DNA of 64,000 nucleotides from Chlamydiales bacterium (GTDB lineage Bacteria; Chlamydiota; Chlamydiia; Chlamydiales; JAAKFR01): NCBI GenBank assembly GCA_024233495.1, contig JACKPM010000002.1, positions 224,541 to 288,540 of the forward strand, read 5' to 3'. Shown piece by piece: positions 55,003 to 64,000 of this stretch (position 1 is its first letter; each line of letters starts with the position of its first letter). The notes under the pieces were generated by a model. It saw only the letters and a program-made list of their open reading frames with translations, ran no database searches and was not told where the DNA came from. The position numbers and the translations under genes were made by a program.

Positions 55003-55145
55003 GTATGCATTATGTTGAATAAGTCAATCTCTGGGGCATTGTCGAACCTTCCAAGCATTTAATCGGGGCAAAATCAGCCAAAAAGCCCTCAAAACTCGAC
55101 TTATTCAACAATGCCCTCGGACTTTGGAAACACAGCCAAGTATGT

Positions 55146-55307
55146 TATAGTCAAATAGGTTGAAAATTTTACAAATTCATACCATTTGGCTTCACCAAAG
55201 ATTGCGCTCGTTCTCATAGACCATAAATGGTCTAAGTCGAACTCCGCGCTTACTTTGGCTTTGCCATCTGGTACGAATTTGTAAAATTTTCAACCTATTT
55301 GACTATA
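55146..55307 (-). mobile_element. 162-bp MITE/ERIC-like element, family A (A4)
   Basis: It is roughly nine-tenths identical to A3 by eye. The termini are TATAGTCAAATAGGTTGAAAATTTTACAAATTC and GAATTTGTAAAATTTTCAACCTATTTGACTATA, again perfectly complementary to each other. Confidence 0.85.
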
Positions 55308-55405
55308 AGAGTTCAGATGTTGCCCATCTCTTTGCATTTTTTCGTGAAGAAAATGCAAAGATTTGTGTAACATCTTTCGTTTTAAAATTAACCAAGAGAG
55401 GAAGT

Positions 55406-55708
55406 ATGAGAGTTACATTCTGCATTGATTGTGGACATTTTAGCACTGGATCGGCCCCTAGAGATGCTGAGCTGAAACTAGGTTTGAAAAAGGCGATCTT
55501 AGCATCGCCTCTTCTGAATGGGCGTTTTCACGGCGTTGCAGATATAAACTGGAGTGAGATGAGCAACTCATTCACTGTAAATGCGATCAATGACTTTGCT
55601 CACAAGTGTGACGATGTGGTCCATAGAAGCTTACAACCTAGCACCTCCCCCCGCCTTTCACGCAAGGGAGGTGATAGCTCAGGTGGCGGCGCACAAAAGG
55701 CGTCATGA
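55406..55708 (+). CDS. hypothetical small protein (weak call)
   Basis: This 100-aa ORF lies in an otherwise empty gap. I recognise no motif. GAGAGGAAG lies just upstream of the ATG. The 3' end overlaps the clpC stop region by 6 nt. Confidence 0.3.
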   Translation: MRVTFCIDCGHFSTGSAPRDAELKLGLKKAILASPLLNGRFHGVADINWSEMSNSFTVNAINDFAHKCDDVVHRSLQPSTSPRLSRKGGDSSGGGAQKAS

Positions 55709-58174
55709 CTTTTCGTCGACGAGGACGGCATCCTCGAGCTCTTCGAAGTCGAGCTTGTCGTCCTTGAGGCTGACGCGGTATCTCTGCCCATCGTGCGGGT
55801 TGCGGATCAACTTCTCCGCAAGTGGATCTTCCACATACTGCTCAATCACGCGGCGTAGCGGTCGCGCTCCCATTTCAGGCACGTTTCCTAGCTTCACAAG
55901 GTAATCAACAGCCTCTTCTGTAAGCTCGATGAAGATCTTATGCACACTAAGGCGCTTCTTCACTTTCTCAATTTCGAGGTGCACAATTTCATGCAACGCC
56001 TCTTCATCCAGCGGTCTAAAAATCACTGTGCCATCAAGGCGGTTGATGAATTCGGGCTTGAAGTGCTTCTTCATCGCACCTTCAGTCTTCTCTTGAATTG
56101 TGGCGTAGTCGGGCATGCCCCCTTTGTTGGTAAAGCCAATTTCTGTTTGGCGGCGGATGAGGTCGGCTCCAAGGTTAGATGTCATGATGACAATGGCGTG
56201 ACGGAAGTCGACTTTCCTTCCAAATGAGTCGGTAAGCCTTCCCTCTTCAAGAATTTGAAGAAGGAGGTCCATCACGTCGGGGTGTGCCTTCTCAATTTCA
56301 TCAAAGAGCACGACGCAGTAGGGGCGCTGCCGCACACGCTCTGTAAGCTGGCCACCCTCTTCGTGCCCCACATATCCTGGAGGCGATCCAGTCATGCGGC
56401 TAATCGCAAACTTCTCCATGTACTCTGACATGTCGACTTGGATGAGCGCATCTTCTCCTCCATACATGTGAATTGCAAGGAGGCGCGCAAGGTGTGTTTT
56501 TCCCACGCCTGTTGGGCCAAGGAAGAGGAAGGAGCCTGTAGGACGGTTAGGATCTTTAATTCCTGTGCGTGCGCGGCGAATCGCGCGGCAAATAACGTTG
56601 ACCGCATCGTTTTGCCCAATAATTTGGCTGCGCAACGTCTCTTCCATTTTAAGAAGCTTGTGCGTCTCTTCTTCAGTAAGCTGAGTGACTGGGATGCCAG
56701 TTTGATTTGCCACAACAGCAGCAACCGCCTCTTCATCAACAGGCACTTGGTGCTCTTCCTTGTGGTTCTCCCACTCATTGCGAATTGCTTGCAGCTTCTC
56801 TCGTTCTTTCTTCTCTTCATCGCGTAGGCGTGCTGCTTTTTCGTACTCTTGTGTGCTGATCGCCTTCTCTTTGGCACGACGCGTCTCTTCGATTTTGGCT
56901 TCAAGTTTTGCAATATCTGAGGGTTGGCTCATAGTCGCAACACGCATACGCGCGCCAGCTTCATCAAGAAGGTCAATCGCTTTATCTGGCAAGAAACGGC
57001 CATGCACATAGCGGTCAGAAAGAACAGCTGCCTGCTCAAGCGCTTCATCAGTGATGGTAACGTTGTGGTGCTCCTCATACTTCTTCTTAAGCCCACGCAA
57101 AATCTCAATTGTATCTTCCACACTTGGAGGTTGCACGATGATCTTTTGGAAGCGGCGCTCAAGAGCAGCGTCTTTTTCGATGTGTTTACGGTATTCATCA
57201 AGTGTTGTAGCGCCAATACACTGCAGCTCGCCACGTGAGAGAGCTGGCTTGAGGATATTTGAAGCGTCGATCGCGCCTTCAGCAGCTCCAGCACCCACAA
57301 TCGTGTGCAGCTCGTCGATGAAAAGTAAGATGTTACCGTTCTTCTTGATCTCATCCATCACAGCTTTGATGCGCTCTTCGAACTGCCCTCTGTACTTTGT
57401 TCCTGCAATCATGAGAGCAAGGTCGAGTGTAATGAGACGTTTTTTGCGCAAATTATCAGGTACCTCACCTTTTACAATCTTTTGCGCTAGTCCCTCTACA
57501 ATCGCTGTTTTTCCTACGCCCGCTTCTCCAATAAGAACAGGGTTGTTCTTCCGTCGGCGGCACAAGATAAGAATAAGTCTTTCTACCTCTTCTGAGCGCC
57601 CAATGACAGGATCGAGCTTCCCTTCACGGCTCATCTCTGTAAGATCGTAGCCGTAAGCGCGAAGAGCAGGAAGCTTCTCGCTGCCACTCTTTTCAGTTTT
57701 GGATGAGCCGCCACTTGAGGGGGGGAGTTGTAAATTGAAAGTTTCAAGCTCTTTGAGGACCTCTTTGCGAATCTCTTGAAGGTCGACGTTAAGATTTTCA
57801 AGAACTTGCGCAGCGACGCCATCAGTTTGGCGGAGCAAACCGAGGAGAAGGTGTTCAGTTCCCACATAGTTGTGGCCGAGGTTAGAAGCCTCTTCGTTAG
57901 CAAATTCGAAAACTTTTTTGACGCGCCCAGTGAGCGCTGGATCGCCATACACCTGAATTTCGGGGCCGTAGCCGACAAGGCGCTCCACCTCTTGCCGCAC
58001 CGTTTCAAAGTCGAGGCCGAGATTGCGAAGCACGTTGACCGCAACTCCTTGCCCGAGCTTGAGCAGTCCCAAAAGGATGTGCTCCGTGCCCAAATAATTG
58101 TGATTGAGTCTCTGCGCCTCTTTTTTGGCGAGTTTGATAACTTGCTTTGCGCGATTTGTGAACTTGTCGAACAT
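55703..58174 (-). CDS. clpC: ATP-dependent Clp protease ATP-binding subunit ClpC
   Basis: 823 aa. It has a duplicated Clp_N domain and two AAA modules ([30 protein letters not shown]). A middle coiled-coil region is present. Confidence 0.93.
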   Translation of the reverse strand: MFDKFTNRAKQVIKLAKKEAQRLNHNYLGTEHILLGLLKLGQGVAVNVLRNLGLDFETVRQEVERLVGYGPEIQVYGDPALTGRVKKVFEFANEEASNLGHNYVGTEHLLLGLLRQTDGVAAQVLENLNVDLQEIRKEVLKELETFNLQLPPSSGGSSKTEKSGSEKLPALRAYGYDLTEMSREGKLDPVIGRSEEVERLILILCRRRKNNPVLIGEAGVGKTAIVEGLAQKIVKGEVPDNLRKKRLITLDLALMIAGTKYRGQFEERIKAVMDEIKKNGNILLFIDELHTIVGAGAAEGAIDASNILKPALSRGELQCIGATTLDEYRKHIEKDAALERRFQKIIVQPPSVEDTIEILRGLKKKYEEHHNVTITDEALEQAAVLSDRYVHGRFLPDKAIDLLDEAGARMRVATMSQPSDIAKLEAKIEETRRAKEKAISTQEYEKAARLRDEEKKEREKLQAIRNEWENHKEEHQVPVDEEAVAAVVANQTGIPVTQLTEEETHKLLKMEETLRSQIIGQNDAVNVICRAIRRARTGIKDPNRPTGSFLFLGPTGVGKTHLARLLAIHMYGGEDALIQVDMSEYMEKFAISRMTGSPPGYVGHEEGGQLTERVRQRPYCVVLFDEIEKAHPDVMDLLLQILEEGRLTDSFGRKVDFRHAIVIMTSNLGADLIRRQTEIGFTNKGGMPDYATIQEKTEGAMKKHFKPEFINRLDGTVIFRPLDEEALHEIVHLEIEKVKKRLSVHKIFIELTEEAVDYLVKLGNVPEMGARPLRRVIEQYVEDPLAEKLIRNPHDGQRYRVSLKDDKLDFEELEDAVLVDEKS

Positions 58175-58313
58175 GCTCTTTCCCGTTTCTGATTAAAATA
58201 ATCTATTTACTTAAGGTCGGTATATCTGGCAACTGATACTCTCATTTTCTCATCACTTTTCCTGAATTGCAACTGGAATTTTAATGCCTTTGACCTTAAA
58301 ATACTGACCCAAT

Positions 58314-58961
58314 ATGGAATGCGATATTATTGATACAGGAATGCGTACTGCGCGGGAGAATATGGAGCTTGACCGCGCTCTTTTGGGAGATTTGGAGCAC
58401 ACCCCTGTAATTATCCTGCATCTCTATGAGTGGGAGCGTCCAAGTGCTACCTACGGCCACTTCATTAAGCCAGAAGAGTACTTGAAAGAGAGTGATCTCG
58501 ACTTGGCGCAAAGGCCGACAGGTGGAGGAATTGTCTTCCATACCACAGATTTTGCTTTTTCAGTTCTTGTTCCTAAATCACATCCCGCTTTTTCGGAAAA
58601 TACGCTTGAGAACTACGCCTTTGTGAACAACAAAGTGATTGAAGCACTCGGGGGTGGGGAGCTGTTGCCTGTCGAACCTGAGCCTCTTGATGAGGCATCG
58701 AAGAGTTTTTGCATGGCTAAGCCCACTAAATACGATGTGATGATGGAGGGGAGAAAAGTAGGAGGCGCTGCACAAAGGCGTACGAAACACGGATACTTGC
58801 ACCAAGGGACAATTTTCTTAGAGAGACCAAGCGACGCCTTTTTAGACTCAGTCCTTTTGGAAGGCACGCGTGTGCGTGAGGGCATGGCGCAAAACAGCTA
58901 CCCGCTCAAACTCACCAAAGAAGAAGTGAAACAAAGACTAATCAAGGTATTTCAAGGATGA
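58314..58961 (+). CDS. lipoate-protein ligase / octanoyltransferase family protein (BPL_LplA_LipB domain)
   Basis: RPTGGGIVFH and KYDVMMEGRKVGGAAQRRTKHGYLHQGTI, with the catalytic Lys context, are typical of the LplA/LipB family. Confidence 0.78.
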   Translation: MECDIIDTGMRTARENMELDRALLGDLEHTPVIILHLYEWERPSATYGHFIKPEEYLKESDLDLAQRPTGGGIVFHTTDFAFSVLVPKSHPAFSENTLENYAFVNNKVIEALGGGELLPVEPEPLDEASKSFCMAKPTKYDVMMEGRKVGGAAQRRTKHGYLHQGTIFLERPSDAFLDSVLLEGTRVREGMAQNSYPLKLTKEEVKQRLIKVFQG

Positions 58962-60298
58962 AAAAAGCACTTTTGGCCCTTCTGCTTTTCTGTGGAGTTT
59001 TAACTGCTGCAGACAACGACATTCTCATTTGTGAAAATGGAACTGAGATGCTCACTTGGGATCTGGAGTTCGTGAAAAGGGCAGAGCAGTCGATCGAGTT
59101 TGCTCCTTGCTTCTTTGGTGGAGGTGTAGCGCAAAGGTTGCTCTCAGCTTTTGAGGAGCGCCTAGAGGCATTTCCAGAGCTCAAAATACACATTTTGGCC
59201 AACCCTGTCTTGATGGAAGGTGAGGACAAAGCGCGCATCAACGAATTAGAGCGCGCTTATCCAGGGCGTTTCAATCTTGTTTGTGCAGAAAACGTCATGT
59301 CGACTGATCCTATGATGGGGTCTGTCGATAACCACATTAAAATGTTCATTGTGGATGAGAAGTATTATGCAATGGGTGGGTCAAACTATGATGACATCGC
59401 TATTTCTGAAGGAACAATTGGAATTGAAGGGACGCCTATTGGGAAACCTGTTCCTGTCAGCTTACCCTCAGGCTCGCGTGACCAAGACTTTGTTGGAAGA
59501 GGCTCTTTAGCGAAGGAGTTGCGCCTTCTCTTTTTCCAAAACTACGCGCTTTGGGAACGCTTTCAAAAAGAGAACATTCTAGGTGAACTTAACCCAGCTA
59601 AGTTTGCGACAAGATGGTTTCCTGTTGATGCCGATCCTTTCGTGGAGTCGTTCGAGTCAGCTGACCTGATTGCACTAGAGCCCGGAGAACTTCAGCTCGT
59701 CTTTGGTGGGCCGCACCAAAAGCGCAATGCAATTACAGCTCAGTATGTGAGCCTGATCCAACAGGCGCAAAAGGAAGTCTACATTGCAAACCTCTACTAT
59801 GTGCCACCAAAAGGGATCTTTGATCTTATCAAAAGAGCGCATGTTCCGTTCACGATTGTTACCAATGGTGTGCGCAAAAATGCTCCTGCGTGCAACGACC
59901 TCTACTGCTGGGCAAACCGTGTGAACTATGTGCCCACACTGTATGGTCGCACTTTCAAGTTTTGGGAAAAGAGCAAGTGCAAAAATAGTCGCACTAATCA
60001 CAATCGCCTTTTTGAATACGACGTGAAAAATGTGGTACTTCATAAAAAAGCGATGGTCATCGACGAAAAGATAGCTGTGATTGGGAGCTATAACCTTGGG
60101 GTAAAAAGTGACCAGTTCGACTATGAAATGATCGCTGTGATCAAATCGCCCAAAGCTGCGAAAGCAGTGAAGAAGGTGATTGAGCGCGACATCGAATTTT
60201 CAGCCTCCATCTCTCCTGGTGAGGCGAGAGGGTGGTACTTCGATCTGCAAACCGCCTACATGGGAGAACTACAGAAAAACTTCCACGGCTTTGTTTGA
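58958..60298 (+). CDS. phospholipase D superfamily protein with two HKD motifs, secreted
   Basis: The signal peptide is MKKALLALLLFCGVLTA. The two HKD motifs are HIKMFIVDEKYYAMGGSNYD and LHKKAMVIDEKIAVIGSYNLG. Confidence 0.85.
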   Translation: MKKALLALLLFCGVLTAADNDILICENGTEMLTWDLEFVKRAEQSIEFAPCFFGGGVAQRLLSAFEERLEAFPELKIHILANPVLMEGEDKARINELERAYPGRFNLVCAENVMSTDPMMGSVDNHIKMFIVDEKYYAMGGSNYDDIAISEGTIGIEGTPIGKPVPVSLPSGSRDQDFVGRGSLAKELRLLFFQNYALWERFQKENILGELNPAKFATRWFPVDADPFVESFESADLIALEPGELQLVFGGPHQKRNAITAQYVSLIQQAQKEVYIANLYYVPPKGIFDLIKRAHVPFTIVTNGVRKNAPACNDLYCWANRVNYVPTLYGRTFKFWEKSKCKNSRTNHNRLFEYDVKNVVLHKKAMVIDEKIAVIGSYNLGVKSDQFDYEMIAVIKSPKAAKAVKKVIERDIEFSASISPGEARGWYFDLQTAYMGELQKNFHGFV

Positions 60299-60299
60299 T

Positions 60300-60920
60300 A
60301 TGACGGTAGATTTAGCAACTTGGGGAAAGAGTTTTTATCACGGAATCCAAGCAGGCTCTCATGTAGAAGCAGTGAGAGAAGTGAATATGCTTGCTGACCC
60401 CATACTCAGAGAGTTGGGTGCAGTGCTCGTGGGGTGTGCGTTTTGGAAAGAGTCCTCTCAACAATCGGTTCTTCTTTACAAGCAAGTGAAATCCGTATTC
60501 ACGGTGCGGTACCTGCAGCATATCATTGGAGATGATGCGATTCCAATACTTTTCAAAGATCAAACTATTTGTTTAATTAGCATAAAATATAAAAATTTAA
60601 ATCAGATGGGGGACGTGGCTTTAGTACAAGGGGATGCTCTGACAGCGTTTAGGTGTTTTCAGGAAGCAGTTGAGGGGCATCGACTTGCATATGAGTGGGG
60701 CAAGTTGGCCCCAGCTGAAGTTTTACCGCGCACAATTCTTGCGCTAGAAAATGGGGTAAGGGCACTTGCCAATCTATATTCGGAGCCGATTGTATTGAAA
60801 GAGGTTGTCCAAGGTTTTTTAGCCCCTTTCATTCCCTTGTATCAAAAGGAAGGAGTTGGAAGAGGCAATATACGCTTTGGCGCTTTGTTGAGCGGTATGG
60901 TTTGCAGCAATAACTTCTAA
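60300..60920 (+). CDS. hypothetical protein
   Basis: 206 aa from ATG 60300, just after the PLD stop. I recognise no family. The longer track ORF overlaps the PLD gene. Confidence 0.42.
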   Translation: MTVDLATWGKSFYHGIQAGSHVEAVREVNMLADPILRELGAVLVGCAFWKESSQQSVLLYKQVKSVFTVRYLQHIIGDDAIPILFKDQTICLISIKYKNLNQMGDVALVQGDALTAFRCFQEAVEGHRLAYEWGKLAPAEVLPRTILALENGVRALANLYSEPIVLKEVVQGFLAPFIPLYQKEGVGRGNIRFGALLSGMVCSNNF

Positions 60921-60958
60921 GTAGAAATTTATTACACGTTATCCTAGGATAGATCCCT

Positions 60959-62902
60959 ATGCTACATCTTTTTAGAAAGTATCAAAAAGCGATTTTTTAT
61001 GTGGTCACCTTCGTGATCATTGTTACCTTTGCCTTCTTTGGCACCTCCCAGGCGATTTCATCAGGAGGCAAGAAGGATGACCCTGTTGTTTTCAAAACAG
61101 AGCAGGGGGAAAAGGTGCGCAAATCACTTCTCGATCAGACAACGCTCTTCTTGAGCTCTGAGCAAAGTGGCTTTCCGTCTCCGTGGTCCCTTTTTAGCGA
61201 CAACTACTTGAACGATGGCATCATCTCCAAAGAATTTTTACACGCAGGTGTGGAGAAAAAAGTAGTGGAATATGACGCGCTTCTAACAAAGAAGTGGGAA
61301 AAAGAACGCAATTTCAAGCCTTTTGTGCATGCGCAAGCGCGTGCGCTCAGTGCAGATTCATGCTGGACGCTTTTTGCGCCAGACATCAAGGAGAAGCTCG
61401 CTGCCCTTCAGAAAGGGGATCGTTCTTTTGAGACGCGTGCAGCCCTTTTTGAAGCTGAGAGACGTTTCCCTCCTGCTCTGCTTGCACAAATGTTGCGCTA
61501 TCAAGAGCAGGAGTACTCCAATATGGGAGGCGATCCTCGCCTCTTCCGTGGTGAGGTCTCCCTTTTTGGCTACCACAATTTAGAAGATTGGTTTGGTAGC
61601 GAATATATTGAGGAGTGTGCAAAAGTTGTCTTGAATGGCGCCTCTCTTGCTCGCAAGAAAGGATATGTCGTGAAGCGTGATGAGGTATACTCCGAGATTT
61701 TGGCACGCACACATGCTGTCTATGAGGGATATCGACGGGAGATTTCTGACCACATCCCAAATGCGCAAGCATTCTACCAAACATTTATACGGCAAAATGG
61801 CTATGATGAGCAGACACTTGTCAAGATTGTTGAGTCTGTTCTTTTATTTAGGCGACTGTTAGATGACGTAAGCCACGCTCCTTTAGTGGATACACTGGCG
61901 ATTGAAAACTTTCATCAATTTGCAGGGGAGTATGCGACGCTTGAAGTGACGCAGATGCCCACTGATTTGCGCTTTAAAGATGTTGAGCAGTGGAAGCGCT
62001 TCGAAGGATATTTGGAAGCTGTTGCACCGCAGAGCGATTTAGGGCTACCCACAGCGATGGATCCTATTGAGGTAATTGAAAAACGCGCACCAGAGCTTGT
62101 GGGTGAGCGGTACGCACTCTATGTGGGACGACTTGAGAAGCGGGCGCTTGAGGCGAAGGTAAGCATGCGTGAGACATGGGAGTGGGAGGAGCAAAACCTT
62201 GCACTCTTGCAAGAGCGTTTTCCTCAGTTGAAACAAGAGAGTTTGGACAGCTTTGATGCGAAGAAGCGTTCCAAGATCGATGCCTTTGCACGGGAGCAGA
62301 TCGTAGAAATGCATCCTGAGTGGATCGTTTTTGATGATGTTGACATGAAAGAGGTAGAGCTCTTCTTGACTTCGGTCACGAAAAAGCACGATGCCCTTCC
62401 TGGCGTGACCAATTTTGCCGCTCTCGTTAAAGAAGATGAGATTGCAGGGTATAGTGAAGATAACAAGAACTTCTACCGCGTTTTAGTGAAGAGTCGCCCA
62501 GAAACAAAAGAGGTCTTGCCTCTTTCTCAGTGTAAGCGGGAAGGGGATGTAGAGAAAAGGCGTGCACAGATTGAAAAATATGTGGGCACAAAGTTAACGC
62601 TTGAAGAGGCGATGCCACACCGCTTTTCCTATTTCTTTGCTGAACAAGAGAGCTCTCTTTTTGAGCCTGTTACGCGCGAAGTAACAGTCTCGCGCATTGA
62701 GCCAAGCTTCATTGTAATGGATGAGCTTGTGGAAGAGGGGTACTCACCTGTTTGTGTCGATGAGAAAGAGGGCGCTTACTACTACAAGCTGTTGGACAAA
62801 CGTGTGGATCACATGGTGCCCACAGCGAAAGTACAACAAGCGCAAGAGCTCCTGGCTCAAGAACTCCGCCAAGACCTACTAAAAAAGCTTATTCATTCTT
62901 AG
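60959..62902 (+). CDS. membrane-anchored periplasmic protein, PpiD/SurA-N-like (putative chaperone)
   Basis: The N-terminus, MLHLFRKYQKAIFYVVTFVIIVTFAFFG, resembles the PpiD signal-anchor. A long soluble region follows with no clear PPIase motif. The call is tentative. Confidence 0.42.
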   Translation: MLHLFRKYQKAIFYVVTFVIIVTFAFFGTSQAISSGGKKDDPVVFKTEQGEKVRKSLLDQTTLFLSSEQSGFPSPWSLFSDNYLNDGIISKEFLHAGVEKKVVEYDALLTKKWEKERNFKPFVHAQARALSADSCWTLFAPDIKEKLAALQKGDRSFETRAALFEAERRFPPALLAQMLRYQEQEYSNMGGDPRLFRGEVSLFGYHNLEDWFGSEYIEECAKVVLNGASLARKKGYVVKRDEVYSEILARTHAVYEGYRREISDHIPNAQAFYQTFIRQNGYDEQTLVKIVESVLLFRRLLDDVSHAPLVDTLAIENFHQFAGEYATLEVTQMPTDLRFKDVEQWKRFEGYLEAVAPQSDLGLPTAMDPIEVIEKRAPELVGERYALYVGRLEKRALEAKVSMRETWEWEEQNLALLQERFPQLKQESLDSFDAKKRSKIDAFAREQIVEMHPEWIVFDDVDMKEVELFLTSVTKKHDALPGVTNFAALVKEDEIAGYSEDNKNFYRVLVKSRPETKEVLPLSQCKREGDVEKRRAQIEKYVGTKLTLEEAMPHRFSYFFAEQESSLFEPVTREVTVSRIEPSFIVMDELVEEGYSPVCVDEKEGAYYYKLLDKRVDHMVPTAKVQQAQELLAQELRQDLLKKLIHS

Positions 62903-62954
62903 GCAGGGAGTATTGTGGATGCTTGGAGTGCATAAACAAGTGGGAAGTAAAAAC

Positions 62955-63057
62955 TTTTGGGGATTTTGTCTCAAGTTGAGCGATCTCGAGTGCAGACAGT
63001 ACAAGTGGTACGGCAAGCGAGAGATCGGTCAAATCGAGGCAAAATCAGCCAAAAAGT
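62955..63057. repeat. long imperfect hairpin element (family E)
   Basis: The arms are CTTTTGGGGATTTTGTCTCAAGTTGAGCGATCTC and GAGATCGGTCAAATCGAGGCAAAATCAGCCAAAAAG. They are about 35 nt long with a few mismatches and are separated by about 33 nt. The right arm recurs at 55063..55095. Confidence 0.55.
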
Positions 63058-63090
63058 CCTCAAAACATGACGTATTGGAAAAGCTGATCA

Positions 63091-63678
63091 ATGCTTGAAG
63101 ATCTAGTTCCATTAGAACCACTTCATTTTTTTGATATAGAATTGGATGTAGGCAAAGAGGAGACTCTTTTGCCCGACTTTTTAGAGACTGGATTGGCCAA
63201 GGTATATATGTGGTGGGCACATAATGGTGTTCACTTGCGCTTTGAGATCGCAAGAGTCTTTGATCAGCCCCACTTTCCAGCAGGCGACTGTATTGAGCTC
63301 TTTTTTGATACGCGTGATGTGAAAAGCGCAACCATCACCCGCTTTTGTCATCACTTCTTTGTTCTACCTGAAAAAGTAGATGGAGAGCAGGCAGGTGAGG
63401 TGACTCGTTTTCGCACAGAAGAACGTCACCCTTTGGCCTCACCAGATGCTTTAAAAGTGCACTCAAAGAAGGAGAAGGGAAAGCGAATCGTGGGAATTTT
63501 TGTTCCAAAAGAGGCGCTTTATGGCTACGATCCCTCCCAGTTTGGGCGGCTTGGCTTCACCTATAAGGTGGTGGGGCAAGATGGCAAGACGCAGGTGCTT
63601 TCTGCCTCTTCAGAAGACTTCTCGGTCGAGCAGCATCCACAGCTCTGGGCCTCTCTAATTTTGATAAAGGACGCATGA
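63091..63678 (+). CDS. hypothetical protein
   Basis: This 195-aa ORF has coding-like composition, and its stop overlaps the gcvH start. I recognise no family with any confidence. Confidence 0.42.
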   Translation: MLEDLVPLEPLHFFDIELDVGKEETLLPDFLETGLAKVYMWWAHNGVHLRFEIARVFDQPHFPAGDCIELFFDTRDVKSATITRFCHHFFVLPEKVDGEQAGEVTRFRTEERHPLASPDALKVHSKKEKGKRIVGIFVPKEALYGYDPSQFGRLGFTYKVVGQDGKTQVLSASSEDFSVEQHPQLWASLILIKDA

Positions 63679-64000
63679 TGAAATATACCGAAACACACGA
63701 ATGGATCAAACTCGAAGGGGAAATTGCTACAGTGGGCATCACTGACTACGCTCAAAAAGAGCTGGGAGAAGTGGTTTATGTCGAACTCCCAGTAAAAGGC
63801 CTCTCAGTTAAAGCGGGGGATGAAGGAGTTGTCCTTGAGTCAACAAAAGCAGCTGTTGATCTCTATTACCCCCTCTCAGGGGAGATTCTCGAGGTGAATC
63901 ATTCGCTTCAGGAAAACCCAGAGAAGATCAACAAAAGTGCTGAAGGCGATGGCTGGCTCTTTAAAATAAAAATAACAAATAAAAAAGAATTTGAGTCACT
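63675..64000 (+). CDS. gcvH: glycine cleavage system H protein (3' end outside window)
   Basis: It reads MMKYTETHEWIKLEGEIATVGITDYAQKELGEVVYVELP...VLESTKAAVDLYYPLSGEILEVN, including the lipoyl-Lys context ESTKA. The frame is open to the window edge. Confidence 0.9.
   Translation, partial: MMKYTETHEWIKLEGEIATVGITDYAQKELGEVVYVELPVKGLSVKAGDEGVVLESTKAAVDLYYPLSGEILEVNHSLQENPEKINKSAEGDGWLFKIKITNKKEFES

Noticed and set aside
11011-55307. The possibility that the recurring intergenic repeats are a CRISPR array or rRNA/tRNA-related sequences.
   Set aside because: The copies are dispersed tens of kb apart and about 160 bp long. They are internally palindromic and lack regularly spaced unique spacers. 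I noticed no cloverleaf-like or rRNA-like sequence anywhere in the window by eye. A tRNAscan/Infernal run would be needed to be certain.
62913-63098. A 61-aa ORF in the gap after the PpiD-like gene.
   Set aside because: It is composed almost entirely of the two arms and loop of the family E hairpin. It has no motif and no ribosome-binding site.

Overview
This 64-kb chromosomal segment is gene-dense and mostly housekeeping. The gene content and order look like a Chlamydiae-lineage (environmental chlamydia-like) bacterium. Supporting signs are a fused glyQS, a fused 2-oxoacid dehydrogenase E1 alpha/beta, rpsU-dnaJ, tsaB next to lon, ybaB-dnaX next to ptsI-ptsH, and sod-accD-dut followed by two ptsN-like genes. 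An HKD phospholipase D and Inc-like membrane proteins fit the same picture. I saw no rRNA, tRNA, CRISPR array, transposase or prophage genes by eye.

Four things stand out.
1. One unrecognised family of small secreted proteins or lipoproteins has ten paralogues. They sit in two separate five-gene, translationally coupled tandem arrays at 25197..27547 and 47301..49418.
2. Directly downstream of the second array is a disordered, proline-rich protein. It carries six tandem G-Q-Y-E-L-R-P-P-E-E-E type repeats plus an EEIYETI motif, and is a candidate tyrosine-phosphorylated translocated effector (Tarp/EPIYA-like logic).
3. A superfamily of about 162-bp imperfect-palindromic MITE/ERIC-like intergenic elements has at least 7 copies here. 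Arm changes between copies are compensatory, and two gene stop codons fall inside element termini.
4. A roughly 740-bp degenerate 12/13-nt repeat with a 37-nt higher-order unit is nearly stop-free in all six frames. It sits next to a decayed, gene-poor patch.

Smaller items:
- a perfect 30-bp palindrome centred on an ATG
- an in-phase A-AAA-AAG slippery heptamer in dnaX
- an HTH-EIIA fusion within a permease-less PTS
- a short hemC

All calls rest on reading the ORF translations and the DNA by eye. No database search was run.
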